63,371 nt of DNA, filler included, from Licmophora abbreviata (GCA_900291995.1; 7 parts of 7 records of this genome joined end to end with filler, not necessarily neighbours in it), one strand, 5' to 3'; positions 32,615-44,724 are shown, counted from the whole stretch's first letter. Program-made: numbers and translations. Notes: generated from the letters alone by a model not told the origin.

Positions 32615-33979
32615 TTACTTTTTATCCGTAATGCTGTCGTTCGTTCGGATGACGATCTTTCCGACGCTTTTCCCACTCATGATGAGGTTGTGTGCCACGC
32701 CGATTTGCGCCATGTCCATTTCGACGACTTGGGAACATTGCAGCGAGCCATTCTCCAGCCACTCACAGATCTGATCAAAGAGTGTGGCAACGAGTTCTTT
32801 TTCCTCGGCAAAGAAAGATAAGTTGAAGCCCATCACGGCTTTGTTGCTTACGGTCAAGTCCATGGGATCAAACTTGGGCATGCTTGCCATCTTGTTCGCC
32901 ATACTTAGCCACTGAAAGGGTGACAATGCAGCACGTCCGAGAGGCAAGTTACTGTGAAAACCAAACACAATCAGTCGACCGGTCGGAGTCAAGTGGTCGT
33001 AAGACTGCTGTAGCGTAGACACTCCGTTGGCGTCCATTATAGTAGCGAAACCCTCGGGCATGGCCGATCGAGCGGCTTCCCACAAGTTGTCTTCGCTCTT
33101 ATCAATCACAACATCGCACCCTAACGCTTTCGCTGCATCCACCTTGGACGACGCCCCGACGACACCGATAATTGGCGACAATCCTAGAATCTTGGCCATC
33201 TGGACCATCATGCTACCGACTCCCCCGGCGGCTGAATGGATCAATACTGCCCTGTTGCGATACTTGCTCCTCTGGGGATAGTGACCGGCAAGGCTGAATG
33301 CGTAGAGTGCAGTCAAGGCAGCTGCAGGAAGCGATGTGGCTTGCGACATGGACAGACCCTTTGGAATGTGTCGTAGCTGAGAAGCAGGAATCATAACACG
33401 AGAGCTATACGCTCCAAAGAGAGTACATCCAAAAACCTTGTCACCCACATTCCAATCGATGCTACTCTCTTTGGATGATGATGTTGACGACAACGACGCT
33501 GGTACTCGCTCAACGGTACCGGCCACATCAAATCCTGGCACAATGGGCCAACCCACAAACTTCTTGGCACTTTCATAAAGTCCCCACCGTATGCAACAAT
33601 CCGCATAGTTAACGGAGAATGCCTCGTTGCGTATAACGACACAGTCAGCAGGAATATCATCGTCCGTCAAGAGGGGCCTCGAAAATGGTGGCGGATGATC
33701 GAGGTTGTACCCCATGGTTGCTATCCCAGACTTGAGCGTCACGTCTCGTAGCTGCTCCAAGCCACCTGGACGCCCAATGGATATACATCTTGTTCGCGAT
33801 GATTCTAGAGTCGTGGAACTAGTGCTGAAGGTTGCGTCTTCTTGATCACAGCTGGGAAGCAACCGCGGTAGAAAGGACGGCGCAAAGGTTGACACAATCC
33901 AGCTTACAACGTTCGCCCACATGGCCAACAGCACATCCGGATCCTGTCCAAGGATCGTCCATTTCTTATCTTCCCACAT
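32615..33979 (-). CDS. MDR-family (VAT-1-like) NAD(P)H oxidoreductase
   Basis: VNYADCCIRWGLY, PIVPGFDVAG, VLIHSAAGGVGS, DANGVSTLQQSY and SGKSVGKIV. Start uncertain. Confidence 0.85.
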   Translation of the reverse strand: MWEDKKWTILGQDPDVLLAMWANVVSWIVSTFAPSFLPRLLPSCDQEDATFSTSSTTLESSRTRCISIGRPGGLEQLRDVTLKSGIATMGYNLDHPPPFSRPLLTDDDIPADCVVIRNEAFSVNYADCCIRWGLYESAKKFVGWPIVPGFDVAGTVERVPASLSSTSSSKESSIDWNVGDKVFGCTLFGAYSSRVMIPASQLRHIPKGLSMSQATSLPAAALTALYAFSLAGHYPQRSKYRNRAVLIHSAAGGVGSMMVQMAKILGLSPIIGVVGASSKVDAAKALGCDVVIDKSEDNLWEAARSAMPEGFATIMDANGVSTLQQSYDHLTPTGRLIVFGFHSNLPLGRAALSPFQWLSMANKMASMPKFDPMDLTVSNKAVMGFNLSFFAEEKELVATLFDQICEWLENGSLQCSQVVEMDMAQIGVAHNLIMSGKSVGKIVIRTNDSITDKK

Positions 33980-34270
33980 GACTGATCTAACAGAGAAGAT
34001 GCGTGCTCGTACAACAAATAGGAAAACGAGGTTCAAGCAGAACTCATCAGCGGCGCTTCCAGGCTCACTGTCGCCATTTTTGTGAGAGATTGAAATCGGA
34101 CTAGGTGCGCACTCCCCCGCGTGGTTGGTACTGAGTCGACATGCTTTTTTATCATTTCTCATTTCGTCACAAAAAGCGTCGTCGAAGTGAGAGCCACACA
34201 ATATCCGTCTACAACCGATCGTCGGTCGCATCGTGGACCTCATTCACGGCGCATTGCTTGCATCTAGACA

Positions 34271-35513
34271 ATGGAGTCGTTGTTGTCAAGGTTGGCGAGG
34301 CAGGGACCGCTCCCTGCGATGGCTACGTTCCTATACCATCACCAGTGCCATCAGTATAGCTCATGCGATGCACCCAAACCTGCAGTCCAATTTCAGACAA
34401 CGGAAACGACCAGAAAGTCGCCGCCGCCGATAGAAACGATCCAACAGGCACCGCAGGTGGGGATGCGTTCGGACGAACAAGGCGACTATTTCGGATTGTT
34501 CCCGAAACGTCAATTGTGGCAACCCAAGCTCGAATATCCCATGTGGGATGCAGATTGGGATAGTAAGCAACCTCCGTCGACTGGCGACAAGGAGGTGGAT
34601 AGAGCCAGAATGAGGAAGATTCGCAAGACTGGTGTCACACGCCATATCATACTCGTCCGTCATGGACAGTACGACGAGACCCACAAGGCAAGTAGAATAG
34701 TGTCGGGCGATCCTTTGCTCGTGGTATCATCTCTACGACAGACGTACTTACATTTTTAACGCACTCGACCATCTCTCTCTCTCTCTCAGGAGGACGAAAA
34801 GCGGGTGCTCACGGAACTGGGTCGCAAGCAGGCTGATATGACGGGACGACGACTGGCGGAAATGACTCAGGGGGTCAACAACGAGTTCGGACCATGCAAT
34901 GTAAGAGTCATTCGTGTGAGCAACATGGCTCGTGCCAAAGAGACCGCTGCCCTTATCGCGAGGCACTTGCCGGACGTAACTCTGGCAGCACCCGATAGGA
35001 TGCTCAACGAGGCACGCCCCGCACATACGATTCCTGGTGGAAAAGCCAGTGACCATACGATTGAAAAGACTGACGAGGCGCACCCAATTGTAGAAGAGGC
35101 GTTTCAGAAACTCTTTTTTAGAGCTGAAACGAACGAAGACGATTCGCGTGACGGTGGAGATGAAGCCTTGCAAAGTGAATCGAAGCACGAGTTTGAGATT
35201 ATTGTATGCCATGCAAACATCATTCGGTACTTTACTTGCAGGTGAGAATCGATACATTGCTACAACAGTGAGACGATTCCGCTAATTGAAATTGGCGATA
35301 CCTAACGACGATTGATCTTCGTCTCCCCTTCTGCTGCAAAGAGCACTTCAGCTTCCACCGGAAGCATGGCTACGGCTGTGTACGTTCAATTGTTCCCTGA
35401 CGTACTTGACGATTCGACCGACGGGGACAGTCAGTTGCCGCATGCTGGGAGATATTGGCCATCTACCCTACGGAATGAGCACATTCTCCCACCACCATGG
35501 TTACAACTGGTAA
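34271..35513 (+). CDS. PGAM5: PGAM5-like mitochondrial Ser/Thr phosphatase, 3 exons; first intron is GC-AG (34688-34789)
   Basis: [55 protein letters not shown] and LGDIGHLP. Confidence 0.92.
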
Positions 35514-35671
35514 GTATGTTGCCCGCTCCAGGTTGTGTAGCGTAACGCACCCGAGAGCTAATCATAGGGAATAGAGCTAGTGAATGCTATTGTGTGCGAC
35601 AGAGAGAGGGCTCTACCAGTACGGCGGCGAGCTAATTAGTTACACCGCAAAACTACGCCATAAACGGAATA

Positions 35672-36124
35672 CTAGCCATTTCCGGCAGCGCTGACCTGTA
35701 GAGAAAGCAATCGACGAAATAGAGCGAGTGAGCGTAGCGAATCAACTTGAGCAACAATCGCGCCGACCGTCGATCGTGACGACATCCAACGTACTCGGGG
35801 AATATCATTGTGCTCTGTCAGGTTGCCCAGCTTCTCATTGAATTCTTCGACTCGCTCTCGATGACTCTTGGTAGCAACCTTTTCTAGATCTTTTCGCTCT
35901 CTTTCAAGCTTGAAATTTAAAGCTCGGCGTTCTGCCTCTGTCATCTCATCGTCTTCGTCGTCATCATCGAACGCAGCAGCGGCTCTTGTGCTCTGGTGAT
36001 CTTCCATTCGTCGTTCGTCTGCCTCTTTGACTGAGTGTTTCGATTTCCGACTCTTCTTTTTCGCCTTCTTCTTCTTGTCGCCTTTAAAAGAAAGGGTTCC
36101 GCCCACGAATGCTGGCTTGGTCAT
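35672..36124 (-). CDS. FAM32A-family protein, 2 exons
   Basis: FVGGTLSFKG, MTEAER and KSHRERVEEFNEKL..LTEHNDIPR|VSAAGNG. Confidence 0.85.
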   Translation of the reverse strand: MTKPAFVGGTLSFKGDKKKKAKKKSRKSKHSVKEADERRMEDHQSTRAAAAFDDDDEDDEMTEAERRALNFKLERERKDLEKVATKSHRERVEEFNEKLGNLTEHNDIPRVRWMSSRSTVGAIVAQVDSLRSLALFRRLLSLQVSAAGNG

Positions 36125-36470
36125 GATGAACAACCTCGGCGGTCTGTCAATGATGATGCTGAGTACTAGAATGTTTTGTGTTTTGTCGTCGCCCCTTGTT
36201 ATGCATCCGCCGTGTTCCAAAAATGTGAGCAGTTTCCGCTCCAGGAGCTCGTGGAGCTTCTATCTTGCGAGCCAGGCAGCAACAACAAGAGCGCGCCCTC
36301 CTCACGAAACACGACTTGACTGATTCGACTCACGTCTGATTTCCCGCAATCGCGTTACATCAAAACATCAAAACACAACACACAAAATCATGACAGCGAC
36401 GACGACGACGACGACGACTACGGGCAAGTTCAAGAGTCTCAATAATATGCTCTGACGCGAAGTTTTCGCC

Positions 36471-38006
36471 ATGGTGTTTCGGCGAGGGAAGAAACGAGTC
36501 AAGAAAGAAGCTAAATGTGTCGCTCAAAACGATTCGGAGCCTGTAGAGAGTGTGGAATGCCTCGAACCGGAAGAATTTCTTTCCAGATTTCGGCACACTG
36601 CCTCCGAAAGATTATGCAGCGCCTACTTGGCGCTGCACCCTCTTGATCAATCGGCTACGACAGGAACCGTCACCTCCACTCTGTGTGAAGATGTATTTTC
36701 TCTGATTGAGTGCCAAGTCAATCTTATGGAAGAATATCTCCTTAAGTCGAAGTTACGGTCGACACCGGGCGGAAACAAGGTTCTCATTGACTGTCTTCTC
36801 TGCATTGTGCGCAATCTTTGGTACAAGCACATGCGCTTCCGCGACTATTTCGTGGGCGATCTTGAGCAGTCTTGTGCCAGCGCAAATGATTACTACCGAA
36901 TGATGGAAAGTCTAGAACAGCTCTTGTCGAGACTGCGACGCTGCCACCCCGCGCTTGTACCGAATTCGAAAGGTGTCTTTGACAACCCCACTGCCTCCGT
37001 TCTTCATCAAGAGACGACTGAGCTCTTGTCGCTTTTAAGCAGCGACGCAGTTTACTCCGCACAACGGGCCCATAGCTTTGTCATTCGAGAGATTCATCAA
37101 TCGAAGATCGCGTCAGAGCTCTTTACGCGTGATTGGGAAGATCGCTATGTCAACAACGAAGTCGCCGTCTCTCTTGTAAAGACAATGGAAGAATACGTGT
37201 ATGAGTTTCACAACTATCTGTCGAACGATCTTTTGTATAGAAAAGCGGTTGACGTGCTGGTCAAGGCAATTGTATGCTTTTACATACGTTGCTTGGTGCA
37301 GAGAGCTGACGACGCGAGGCGGGGCAAGACACGGAATAGCAAACGACCCTTTGTTAGCCCACGACAGGCCGTCACCCGAATGATGTACGACATCCAAACG
37401 CTTCGCGACTATTTTTATCATTTGGTCAAGAAGATTCCCTCTCTTGCGCGAGCGGTTGAGTGTGAGGTCGATGTTCTTGTGGTCGTCCATGAATGTCTCG
37501 GAGTCGCAGCCGGCAATCATTCAACGTCTAGTCTGGAAGAGTTCATCGTCGTGCTGCACAAGCGTTCCGGCGGCAACTACGATGTCACAAGGCATCTCAT
37601 GGGAGACTTGTGGTACCTTGCGGCTCCTATGAAGCGACGACACGAAATCTTCGACACGATTGGACTCATGCAGGCGGAGCTACAAGTCTTGTCTTCGAGC
37701 ATGGAAGAGCAGTCTATGTTGAACCCTTCACTGTCTCGAGACCCCCTGGAAGGCCTCCAGTTGTCCACAGCGCTACAGCAGATCTATGAAGAGAGAATTC
37801 TACAAGAACGATCATCCATATGCGCACCTTGTATTCGGGCGGCGTCGGAGCTGTCGTCGCTGCACACGAACCATGAACAACAGAAACTCTTGGTCGCGAA
37901 GCAACAACAGTTGCAGAAGGAAAACTCCGGACCAAGGAACTTGATGGGCGAGTTTCTGATGCTTCTGAAGCTCCATCGTCTCCGGTTGAACAAGGGGAAT
38001 CCATAA
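36471..38006 (+). CDS. Exocyst Sec6/EXOC3-like helical domain protein
   Basis: 511-aa helical ORF with ASANDYYRM, LFTRDWE..VAVSLVKTMEEY, YIRCLV and DIQTLRDYF, resembling the Sec6 C-terminal domain. Confidence 0.55.
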   Translation: MVFRRGKKRVKKEAKCVAQNDSEPVESVECLEPEEFLSRFRHTASERLCSAYLALHPLDQSATTGTVTSTLCEDVFSLIECQVNLMEEYLLKSKLRSTPGGNKVLIDCLLCIVRNLWYKHMRFRDYFVGDLEQSCASANDYYRMMESLEQLLSRLRRCHPALVPNSKGVFDNPTASVLHQETTELLSLLSSDAVYSAQRAHSFVIREIHQSKIASELFTRDWEDRYVNNEVAVSLVKTMEEYVYEFHNYLSNDLLYRKAVDVLVKAIVCFYIRCLVQRADDARRGKTRNSKRPFVSPRQAVTRMMYDIQTLRDYFYHLVKKIPSLARAVECEVDVLVVVHECLGVAAGNHSTSSLEEFIVVLHKRSGGNYDVTRHLMGDLWYLAAPMKRRHEIFDTIGLMQAELQVLSSSMEEQSMLNPSLSRDPLEGLQLSTALQQIYEERILQERSSICAPCIRAASELSSLHTNHEQQKLLVAKQQQLQKENSGPRNLMGEFLMLLKLHRLRLNKGNP

Positions 38007-38794
38007 TATGTGTAGTTTTTAGCTTATACTTTGTAGTTGGTTTGTTGTACAACATTATTGAAAGCGTCCGACACATAGTCGTAAAGCTCTTTTTCCTGTC
38101 TATAAGTTTACAAATAGCGATTGCACAACGTACTAAGCCTCGTGATTTAATCTGTCGATGCTGTCTAGTCCGATGTACTGAGGCTATCTGTTCTGGACTT
38201 GTTTGGCTTCCCATACCGGTAGGTCTAGGGTCTTCAGTCGTAATTATTACCGATCGACGCTTTGCGCGTATCGCGCAAAGGTCTCGCCGATGCGATGATG
38301 ATGTGACATCATGTAGTCTCCCGGTTCTATTAGACAATGAGCTCCTGAGANNNNNNNNNNNNNNNNNNNNNNNNNNNNNNNNNNNNNNNNNNNNTTAATT
38401 AATTAANNNNNNNNNNNNNNNNNNNNNNNNNNNNNNNNNNNNNNNNNNNNCGAAAAGGAGCGCGACCGCATCCATTGATTTAGTAATGGTGCCGACCTGG
38501 TCCATACGATATGACCTCAACGGGTGTCTGCGTCTCAAGATCTACTTGTTCCATCAAACCATAGAAGAGCCTCAGTCAGTGTATAATGATGAGAAACGAC
38601 AACGCAACACGCACCCCATGACATCTGAGCATATCATCGCGGCGGCCCCATGCACGATAGCACCCTTGTTGCGGATAGAGTGTTTGTTATTGTCGTATAC
38701 AATTAACGTAACCCACCTCTAGGATGAGTTGCTATCTAGCCTGCTATGGCATTGAAAAACCTCAACGTATGCACTCGTCTAACACATTACATGA

Positions 38795-40150
38795 TCAACC
38801 ATCTCTGTTGGCCTGTTGCATGTAAACCCGGAGCTCCTCTACCGTATCGAAGGAGCAGTCGAATATCTCCCACTCCGCTTCCTTCATGACGACGCGACAG
38901 CTAGAATCAACCAGATCGTTTCCTTTCACAGTCACCTCACCGCCATGGAGATATGGCGTCCCTTCAACCCACGGACGTATTGACGTATCGACGACCCATC
39001 CGGTCGAGATGAGCCCATGCCCTGCGTCCAAGCGAGCGCAGAGAGACTCCGCTGACGCTCGATCGCCAGCTTCAATCGCTGCATCTACCATGTCCACAAA
39101 CGACCCTGCATTCGGATACTGAACACACACGTCATCCAATAAGAGACTACCAGTGCAGTACTGGAAGTGGTCTCCCATCGCCACAAAGACTGCGTCCTCT
39201 GTGATGTCATTCTCGAGCTGTATTTTTCGCAGAGCGACTCGATGGCGTAGGCATTCATCACCCTCCAGTCGTTCCCACTGCTCACAATAGTAGTGCTGTC
39301 CATTGTCATCGGTCGCAAATGCCCACTCCTTCCAGATATCCTTGTTTGTTCCGCACTCAATGTACCATTTGTTGGGTCGAGGACGCGGCGTTCCGACAAA
39401 GTTCCAGTCAAGTACATGATGGCGAGTACAATTCAATCGATCAGCGGTGTTGTCAAGTTGACTGTACCCGCAAAAGACGTGCTGCCGGCAAAAATAGCGA
39501 AGTTCAAGATCTGTCAAGTCGGAAAGGGAGGATATGTCGGATCGGAGTACCTTTTTTCGAGAGGTTGGAATTCGCATATCGATAAACAGATTTGCCGACT
39601 GCAAGTTGAATGTCACTTCGTCCACACACGTACTGGCTTCCCATCCTCCCACAAAATACCGTCGAAACCATGCTCCAGTAATTGCCGGTACGGCAGCATC
39701 GTCGGATCTTTCTTCTCGTTGAATCTTCCTCCAGTTTCGAAAGACACGATGAGAATCGCCTTGTAGCAGATGGTGGTGCGGAAGTTCCTCGGGTAAAAAG
39801 GGAGCCCCGCGGTCGGCGGTAAAGTATGTATTCGCAAGACCGTTTGCCGTCAGGATTCTCCCCTGCTTGTGCGACCAATCCAAGTGAGAATGGTCGGCGA
39901 CGACATCAGAGACGGTCGCATCGCCTGTCGAACAGTCGCTACCAGCATGGCGACTGCGCCTTGTAGCGCCTGGTCCGCCATCGAGGTCTGATTCCAACGT
40001 TGCGGGGGGCGGATGGGGTCCAGCCTCTCGCCGTAGACCTGCTTCCATCCTAGGACGACTGAAAGAGGACGATACGACACAGAGGAAGCGAGATGTGCTG
40101 CTGATGGGAGATGTGCACTTCTCGATCGTGCTGCGATCTGATGGCATCAA
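38795..40150 (-). CDS. Hypothetical protein, possibly HRI1-like
   Basis: 451-aa ORF with FNLQSANLFIDMRIP, RHHVLDWN and YYCEQWERL. Family call tentative and start uncertain. Confidence 0.55.
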   Translation of the reverse strand: MMPSDRSTIEKCTSPISSTSRFLCVVSSSFSRPRMEAGLRREAGPHPPPATLESDLDGGPGATRRSRHAGSDCSTGDATVSDVVADHSHLDWSHKQGRILTANGLANTYFTADRGAPFLPEELPHHHLLQGDSHRVFRNWRKIQREERSDDAAVPAITGAWFRRYFVGGWEASTCVDEVTFNLQSANLFIDMRIPTSRKKVLRSDISSLSDLTDLELRYFCRQHVFCGYSQLDNTADRLNCTRHHVLDWNFVGTPRPRPNKWYIECGTNKDIWKEWAFATDDNGQHYYCEQWERLEGDECLRHRVALRKIQLENDITEDAVFVAMGDHFQYCTGSLLLDDVCVQYPNAGSFVDMVDAAIEAGDRASAESLCARLDAGHGLISTGWVVDTSIRPWVEGTPYLHGGEVTVKGNDLVDSSCRVVMKEAEWEIFDCSFDTVEELRVYMQQANRDG

Positions 40151-40485
40151 GCATCATCACATCACATTCGAACATGCGAGCTCCACTCACTTTGTTGGGC
40201 GCACCGCGCACCCACCGGTCGACAAAAAAACTGTCACTTACACTATTATTGGACCACAAGCCCTGTTTACCGATACCAGTACACTTCTTTTGGTGATCGA
40301 CTTGCTTCACTAGTATCTGCTCATATCGATCTTTGTAATGTCATTTCGCGACGACGATAGGAGAATATACCAATTGACCACTTTCTAGTTGGATGGAAAA
40401 AGAGGCGACGATGATGCTGACGGAATATCTAATCCAAGATACCAAGGCGCATAGATAAGATCTTCGCTAGTACCTTGCTCTTGCG

Positions 40486-41942
40486 TTAGTTTGTTCCAAG
40501 CTGACTTTTCTTGAATCCCTCCAGAACGCCTCGAATGTTGTGTTTCCAGTTGTTGAGTCGCGCCTGGAGCGCTTTCCACTGATCCATGTCAAAGCGTCGA
40601 ACGACACTTCGCTCAACAACTACCTTGCACTGTAGCTGATCCATCTTTGCTGAAAGAAGCCCACTGGAGACTGCCGCGATTACCCAACTCTCCACCTCGT
40701 CTTCAGAGGTCAGCTGCAACGTCTGCACGACGCTTGAGTACGGAATCTCTTCTTGCTCCGTAGCCAGCGAGCACAAGCTCAAAATTCGCACATGTCGGAC
40801 GCACTGCTCCGATTGCAAGCCATACGGAGCTAACACGGTCGACTCGCCTCCATTTTCTTTTAAAAACTTCTCGTAGTCGTCTAGTTTCCCTTCTTGAAAG
40901 ACAATCAATAAACCGTGTAGTATTTTTGTGTCTGTTGAGCAGAGAGAGAGAAAGAGTCAAGATATTGCATGAGAGGCCTGCACAGGAACAGTCGACATTC
41001 GAGTATCATGAATCCTACATCACGTACCAGTACTTGACGCAAGAGCTTCAACAGCAGGCAGGGTTAGCATGCTACGTTGTTGCACGAACAGAGTCACGGG
41101 ATCTCTGATGGCGCCAATCGCCGCGTCCTTGGCAGCAGCCAGTCCCATGGCATCCACTTGCGACTAAACAGCAGAAGAGGAGAATAATCAGAGTGAGAAG
41201 CAGTCATATATGTTGCAATTTCTGCATCGTCAATTACTTGTTCCCCACTCACCGCTTGTGTATAAGACTCGACTAGCAACAGTGCGAACCGCTGCTTCCG
41301 GGTAGGCGAGTCGACCAGGCTTTCCGACACCGCTTGGTATAGATCACGTCGATCTTCGACGGCCACGTCCCATCCTTCTACCATCAATGTGAGACTGGGA
41401 ACTGAGGGCTGCACAACAGTTGCAGCGGTATCGTCGAGAATCAAATCCCCCATGGCATGTCCGGTGGATAGCAAAGACGGCTCGTCGGCAGCCGCACGGC
41501 GAATCATTCTGGCTAAAAGACTGCACTTTTCCTTCCCATCTGATCGCATATTGTAGAGTACAGAGAGTAGCGCAATGCGTCTCACGCTAACATCATTTCC
41601 ATCTTGTTGCTTTACGGAGGCGTTCCCAATGGCGTCAGCAAGAGCGGATGCGAGCCCGGCCTCTTGGTCAGGTCGATCTGCCTTCACCCGGTCCAGCAAG
41701 GCGACTATCAAGGAAAAAGCCGAAACAGCTTCTTCTAGAGGTTGCAAAATGAAAAGAGCTCGGATCGCGCCCTCGTCCTGGACAATAGTCTTCAACAAAC
41801 TGGCTGCGTCCCTCTCAACAATGCTCGTTTCACAATCTTGGACAAAGGTCGGACTGACGGGAGCAGTTTCGGCCAAAATACGCGCCAAACGCAGCTCTGC
41901 GTCCTCTGCAACATTCACCAACGTTGAGGACGATGGCACCAT
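40486..41942 (-). CDS. EIF3M: Eukaryotic translation initiation factor 3 subunit M (PCI domain), 3 exons
   Basis: AIRDP, LLIVFQEGKLDDY, VRILSLCSLA, EVESWVIAAV..GLLSAKMDQ and RRFDMDQWKALQARLNNWK. Confidence 0.85.
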
Positions 41943-42242
41943 TGTATTGAGGCGATAATAACACGCTGAATCACTTCAAACGAACGTCAATCGGCCTCTC
42001 GACACTTCAATGGCTCCCAACAGCATTCCACTTCGCACTCGTTCCGAATTTTGTGCGGTGGTCGAATGCGCACCTTGGAAGAAGGCCAATAACCTAAAGA
42101 GGTGAGAGATGTGGAGCTCGTCGGAGCTCGATCGTATGATATGTCCATGTGGTCATCGTCTCTGTCCGATTTTGCGCTTTGGGCCTGTTTTACTGATGAC
42201 TCGCCATCTCTTGGAACAAGCAACTGAATATTGAAGTTGACC

Positions 42243-43125
42243 ATGGCGACGTGGTGGAGCGCTCCTACGACGCACCATGCGTTCATTCTATCGTGGATAA
42301 GCGTCGTTGTGACCTTATTCGCAGCTGGAGGCGGCCTCACAATCTTTGCGGTAAGAATCGAGAAAATGGGCCGAACTTTCTGACGAATTTCTACGACGTA
42401 CGACTCACCTCGGATTTGCTTTTCCGGCCTGTTAGATCAACGGATCGTCATTGATGCTATGCTTCGGCCTTGAAAACTGTGTTGACTTTTTCTCGAGCTG
42501 CGTAGTGCTATGGAGGTTCTACTGCCCTCATTCGGATCCCGAATTGGAAAAGCGACTGGCGCGAAGAGAGAAGCGCGCCAGCATTGCCATTTCGCTCATT
42601 CTCGGTCTGTTGGGATTCGGGATTACCTTTGCTGCGATCGATGATATTCTCAAAGGCGCAGAAGATCAAGAGAAGCTGAAATTGGTTCTTATTGTCTCTT
42701 CTATCAGTATTCTCGTCTTTGGATTGCTCACGGTCATCAAGTTTCACTACTCAGGAATGTTGCAGTCGGCGTCGCTTCATAAGGATGGTATCTGCTCCTT
42801 GATTGGTGCCGTTCTTTCCGCTGCGCTCTTCAGTAACACGCTTATCATTGACAACGTACCGGAGGCATGGTGGATCGATCCTCTGGTGGCCTTACTGTGT
42901 GGTGTCGCAGCCATCTGCATTGGATTGTACGCCATCGTTGTGGCCGCTTGCGTACAAGGACTTCCCATTTGGACTTGTCGATGGTGGTACTCGAGCCAAG
43001 GCGACGGCACAGACGAAATCAATGGACGAAAGCTAGGGGCGGAGGATTTCCCTACAGATAGCGTTAGGGATACGGAAATGGCAGTGGCGAATGGGGAGGC
43101 GGAAGAAGAGCCCGAAATCATTTAG
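42243..43125 (+). CDS. TMEM163-like cation (zinc) efflux family membrane protein, 2 exons
   Basis: Exon 1 MATWW...GGGLTIFA, intron 42351-42437, then FGLENCVDFFSSCVVLWRF, REKRA, SASLHKDG and WWIDPLVA. Confidence 0.8.
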
Positions 43126-43242
43126 AAATGCTTGTCTTTGCGGTCGTTCCATGTAGAAGCTCTATTCACTGGCTACGAGTAGTCAATACTGTAACTGGTT
43201 TCTCTATTCAATCTAGTTACTGGCGGCGAGGAACCGTTTCTA

Positions 43243-44724
43243 TTACAGCCTCCATGCTTGCCATGCAGAGTTCTCCCGATAGTCTCGTCCAGGGATCGCC
43301 GTTGCAGTCGTTCGCGTCTTCCTCGACCCAAAAGGATTCGATTCGACGCCCCACAATAGTTTCCCTGCAACGGTATCCGATGATCCCCCAGCCGCATTAA
43401 CTTCATCTGCAATGACATCGGAGTCATCCTCCGCTTCTTGTATCGTGTAGGCTGTCGAAATAAACGGTATCAGCAGATTAAGTTCACAGAAGCGACGTAA
43501 CGTCGGCCTCCATTCCTTGTATCCCCAAATGCCCGAGTTGAATGCTATGGCCAAATCCGGTGCATGCCAATCGGCGCGTGTTCGGTGACTCTCAATCCAC
43601 TCATCGTATACACATGCATGGCAACGAGCCATAGCTTCAACAAGAGGACTAGACGCCTTGAGTTTCGCTTTGGACATGAGACTCACAGGAGGCCATGCTG
43701 CGGCAACTCTTGGGACGTTGGGGCCGATCAGCTGAATATCAATGCTACACGGAGCCAACTCACACGCTCCAACCCAACGGACAAAAGGGGCAAACGTGTT
43801 TCGGATAAGTTCTTGCGTTTGGCATTCTAAATGATCAGCACCCACGACGTGGACGGTAAGTCGTTCTTTGGATGAAGACAAGCAAGACAGGCGGACGATA
43901 GCTTCTGCTAGCGTGCAAGAGCGCGACAAATTCGACGTCGCATGGATCGCTTTGGGTGTTCGCTTCCGAAAGGCCGACAGGGGGGCCTGAGGAATGACGG
44001 AATGAACTCTTGGAGCAACAGTCTGTTCAAACTTCTTCGCTCCTTCGCCTTGCCAACGTTCCATGTTTGAAGTGAGGCCGGGGTCCTTTAGCTGAATCGA
44101 GTCAACAGCACGTCGAATAGCCTCTGTGTCTAGGGGCGGATGTTCCTTCTTCGGAAGTTCGCGATTTAATACATGAGCATCGGATGGCACATCAGCTTGT
44201 TTGCCAAATCCCTCTTGGTTGACATGAACTCTACTTGTTTCGCAGAATTCCTCATTGTCCGAAGGAGCAACATGCGTCTCATTAGCATCGCCGACTCCCA
44301 GGGGTCGCAGCGTCGCTTGATACTCGTCATCGAGAGATTTTAACGCTTGGTCCGCCAACGCTGAAAAGTCTTCTGGTGCGTCTGCTTCTAGTTGTATACT
44401 TTGCTCGGAATCGCAACTCTGTGTGTCCTGATCATCGATATTAATCTCACCGCCACGATAAGTTCCACCGTATCCCTCTTGTTCGTCGTCATCTTCGTCT
44501 GGAGGAGAGACCATGAATAGCATGGCTCCATCAGCTCCAATATCTGTCAATGGGGTGTACCCTTCAGCCGAAATCGCCCATGGGTCTGGTTCGTCAGTGG
44601 ACAGGGTGATGGGATCTTCTTGCTGTTCGTTTTGCAGAGCTGGTTCACGCGTATTCTGAAGGGGTACGTCTCCTGTCGCTCGCTCTTCGCTGCTCCGGGA
44701 CGCATTGTCTTCTGGTGGGGCCAT
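43243..44724 (-). CDS. MSS51/ZMYND15 C-terminal-like domain protein
   Basis: VHVVGAD, IQLIGP, PDLAIAFNSG, W.PTL, PFISTAYT..EA and NPFGS, with an acidic disordered N-terminus. Confidence 0.65.
   Translation of the reverse strand: MAPPEDNASRSSEERATGDVPLQNTREPALQNEQQEDPITLSTDEPDPWAISAEGYTPLTDIGADGAMLFMVSPPDEDDDEQEGYGGTYRGGEINIDDQDTQSCDSEQSIQLEADAPEDFSALADQALKSLDDEYQATLRPLGVGDANETHVAPSDNEEFCETSRVHVNQEGFGKQADVPSDAHVLNRELPKKEHPPLDTEAIRRAVDSIQLKDPGLTSNMERWQGEGAKKFEQTVAPRVHSVIPQAPLSAFRKRTPKAIHATSNLSRSCTLAEAIVRLSCLSSSKERLTVHVVGADHLECQTQELIRNTFAPFVRWVGACELAPCSIDIQLIGPNVPRVAAAWPPVSLMSKAKLKASSPLVEAMARCHACVYDEWIESHRTRADWHAPDLAIAFNSGIWGYKEWRPTLRRFCELNLLIPFISTAYTIQEAEDDSDVIADEVNAAGGSSDTVAGKLLWGVESNPFGSRKTRTTATAIPGRDYRENSAWQAWRL

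Noticed and set aside
33980..34243. N-terminal extension of the 542-aa VAT-1-like ORF
   Set aside because: It runs through the divergent promoter region with PGAM5 and is not family-like, so it is probably untranslated.
38007..38790. Gene-free stretch around a gap, checked for a transposon remnant or RNA gene
   Set aside because: No terminal repeats, transposase/RT motifs or recognisable RNA structure were seen.
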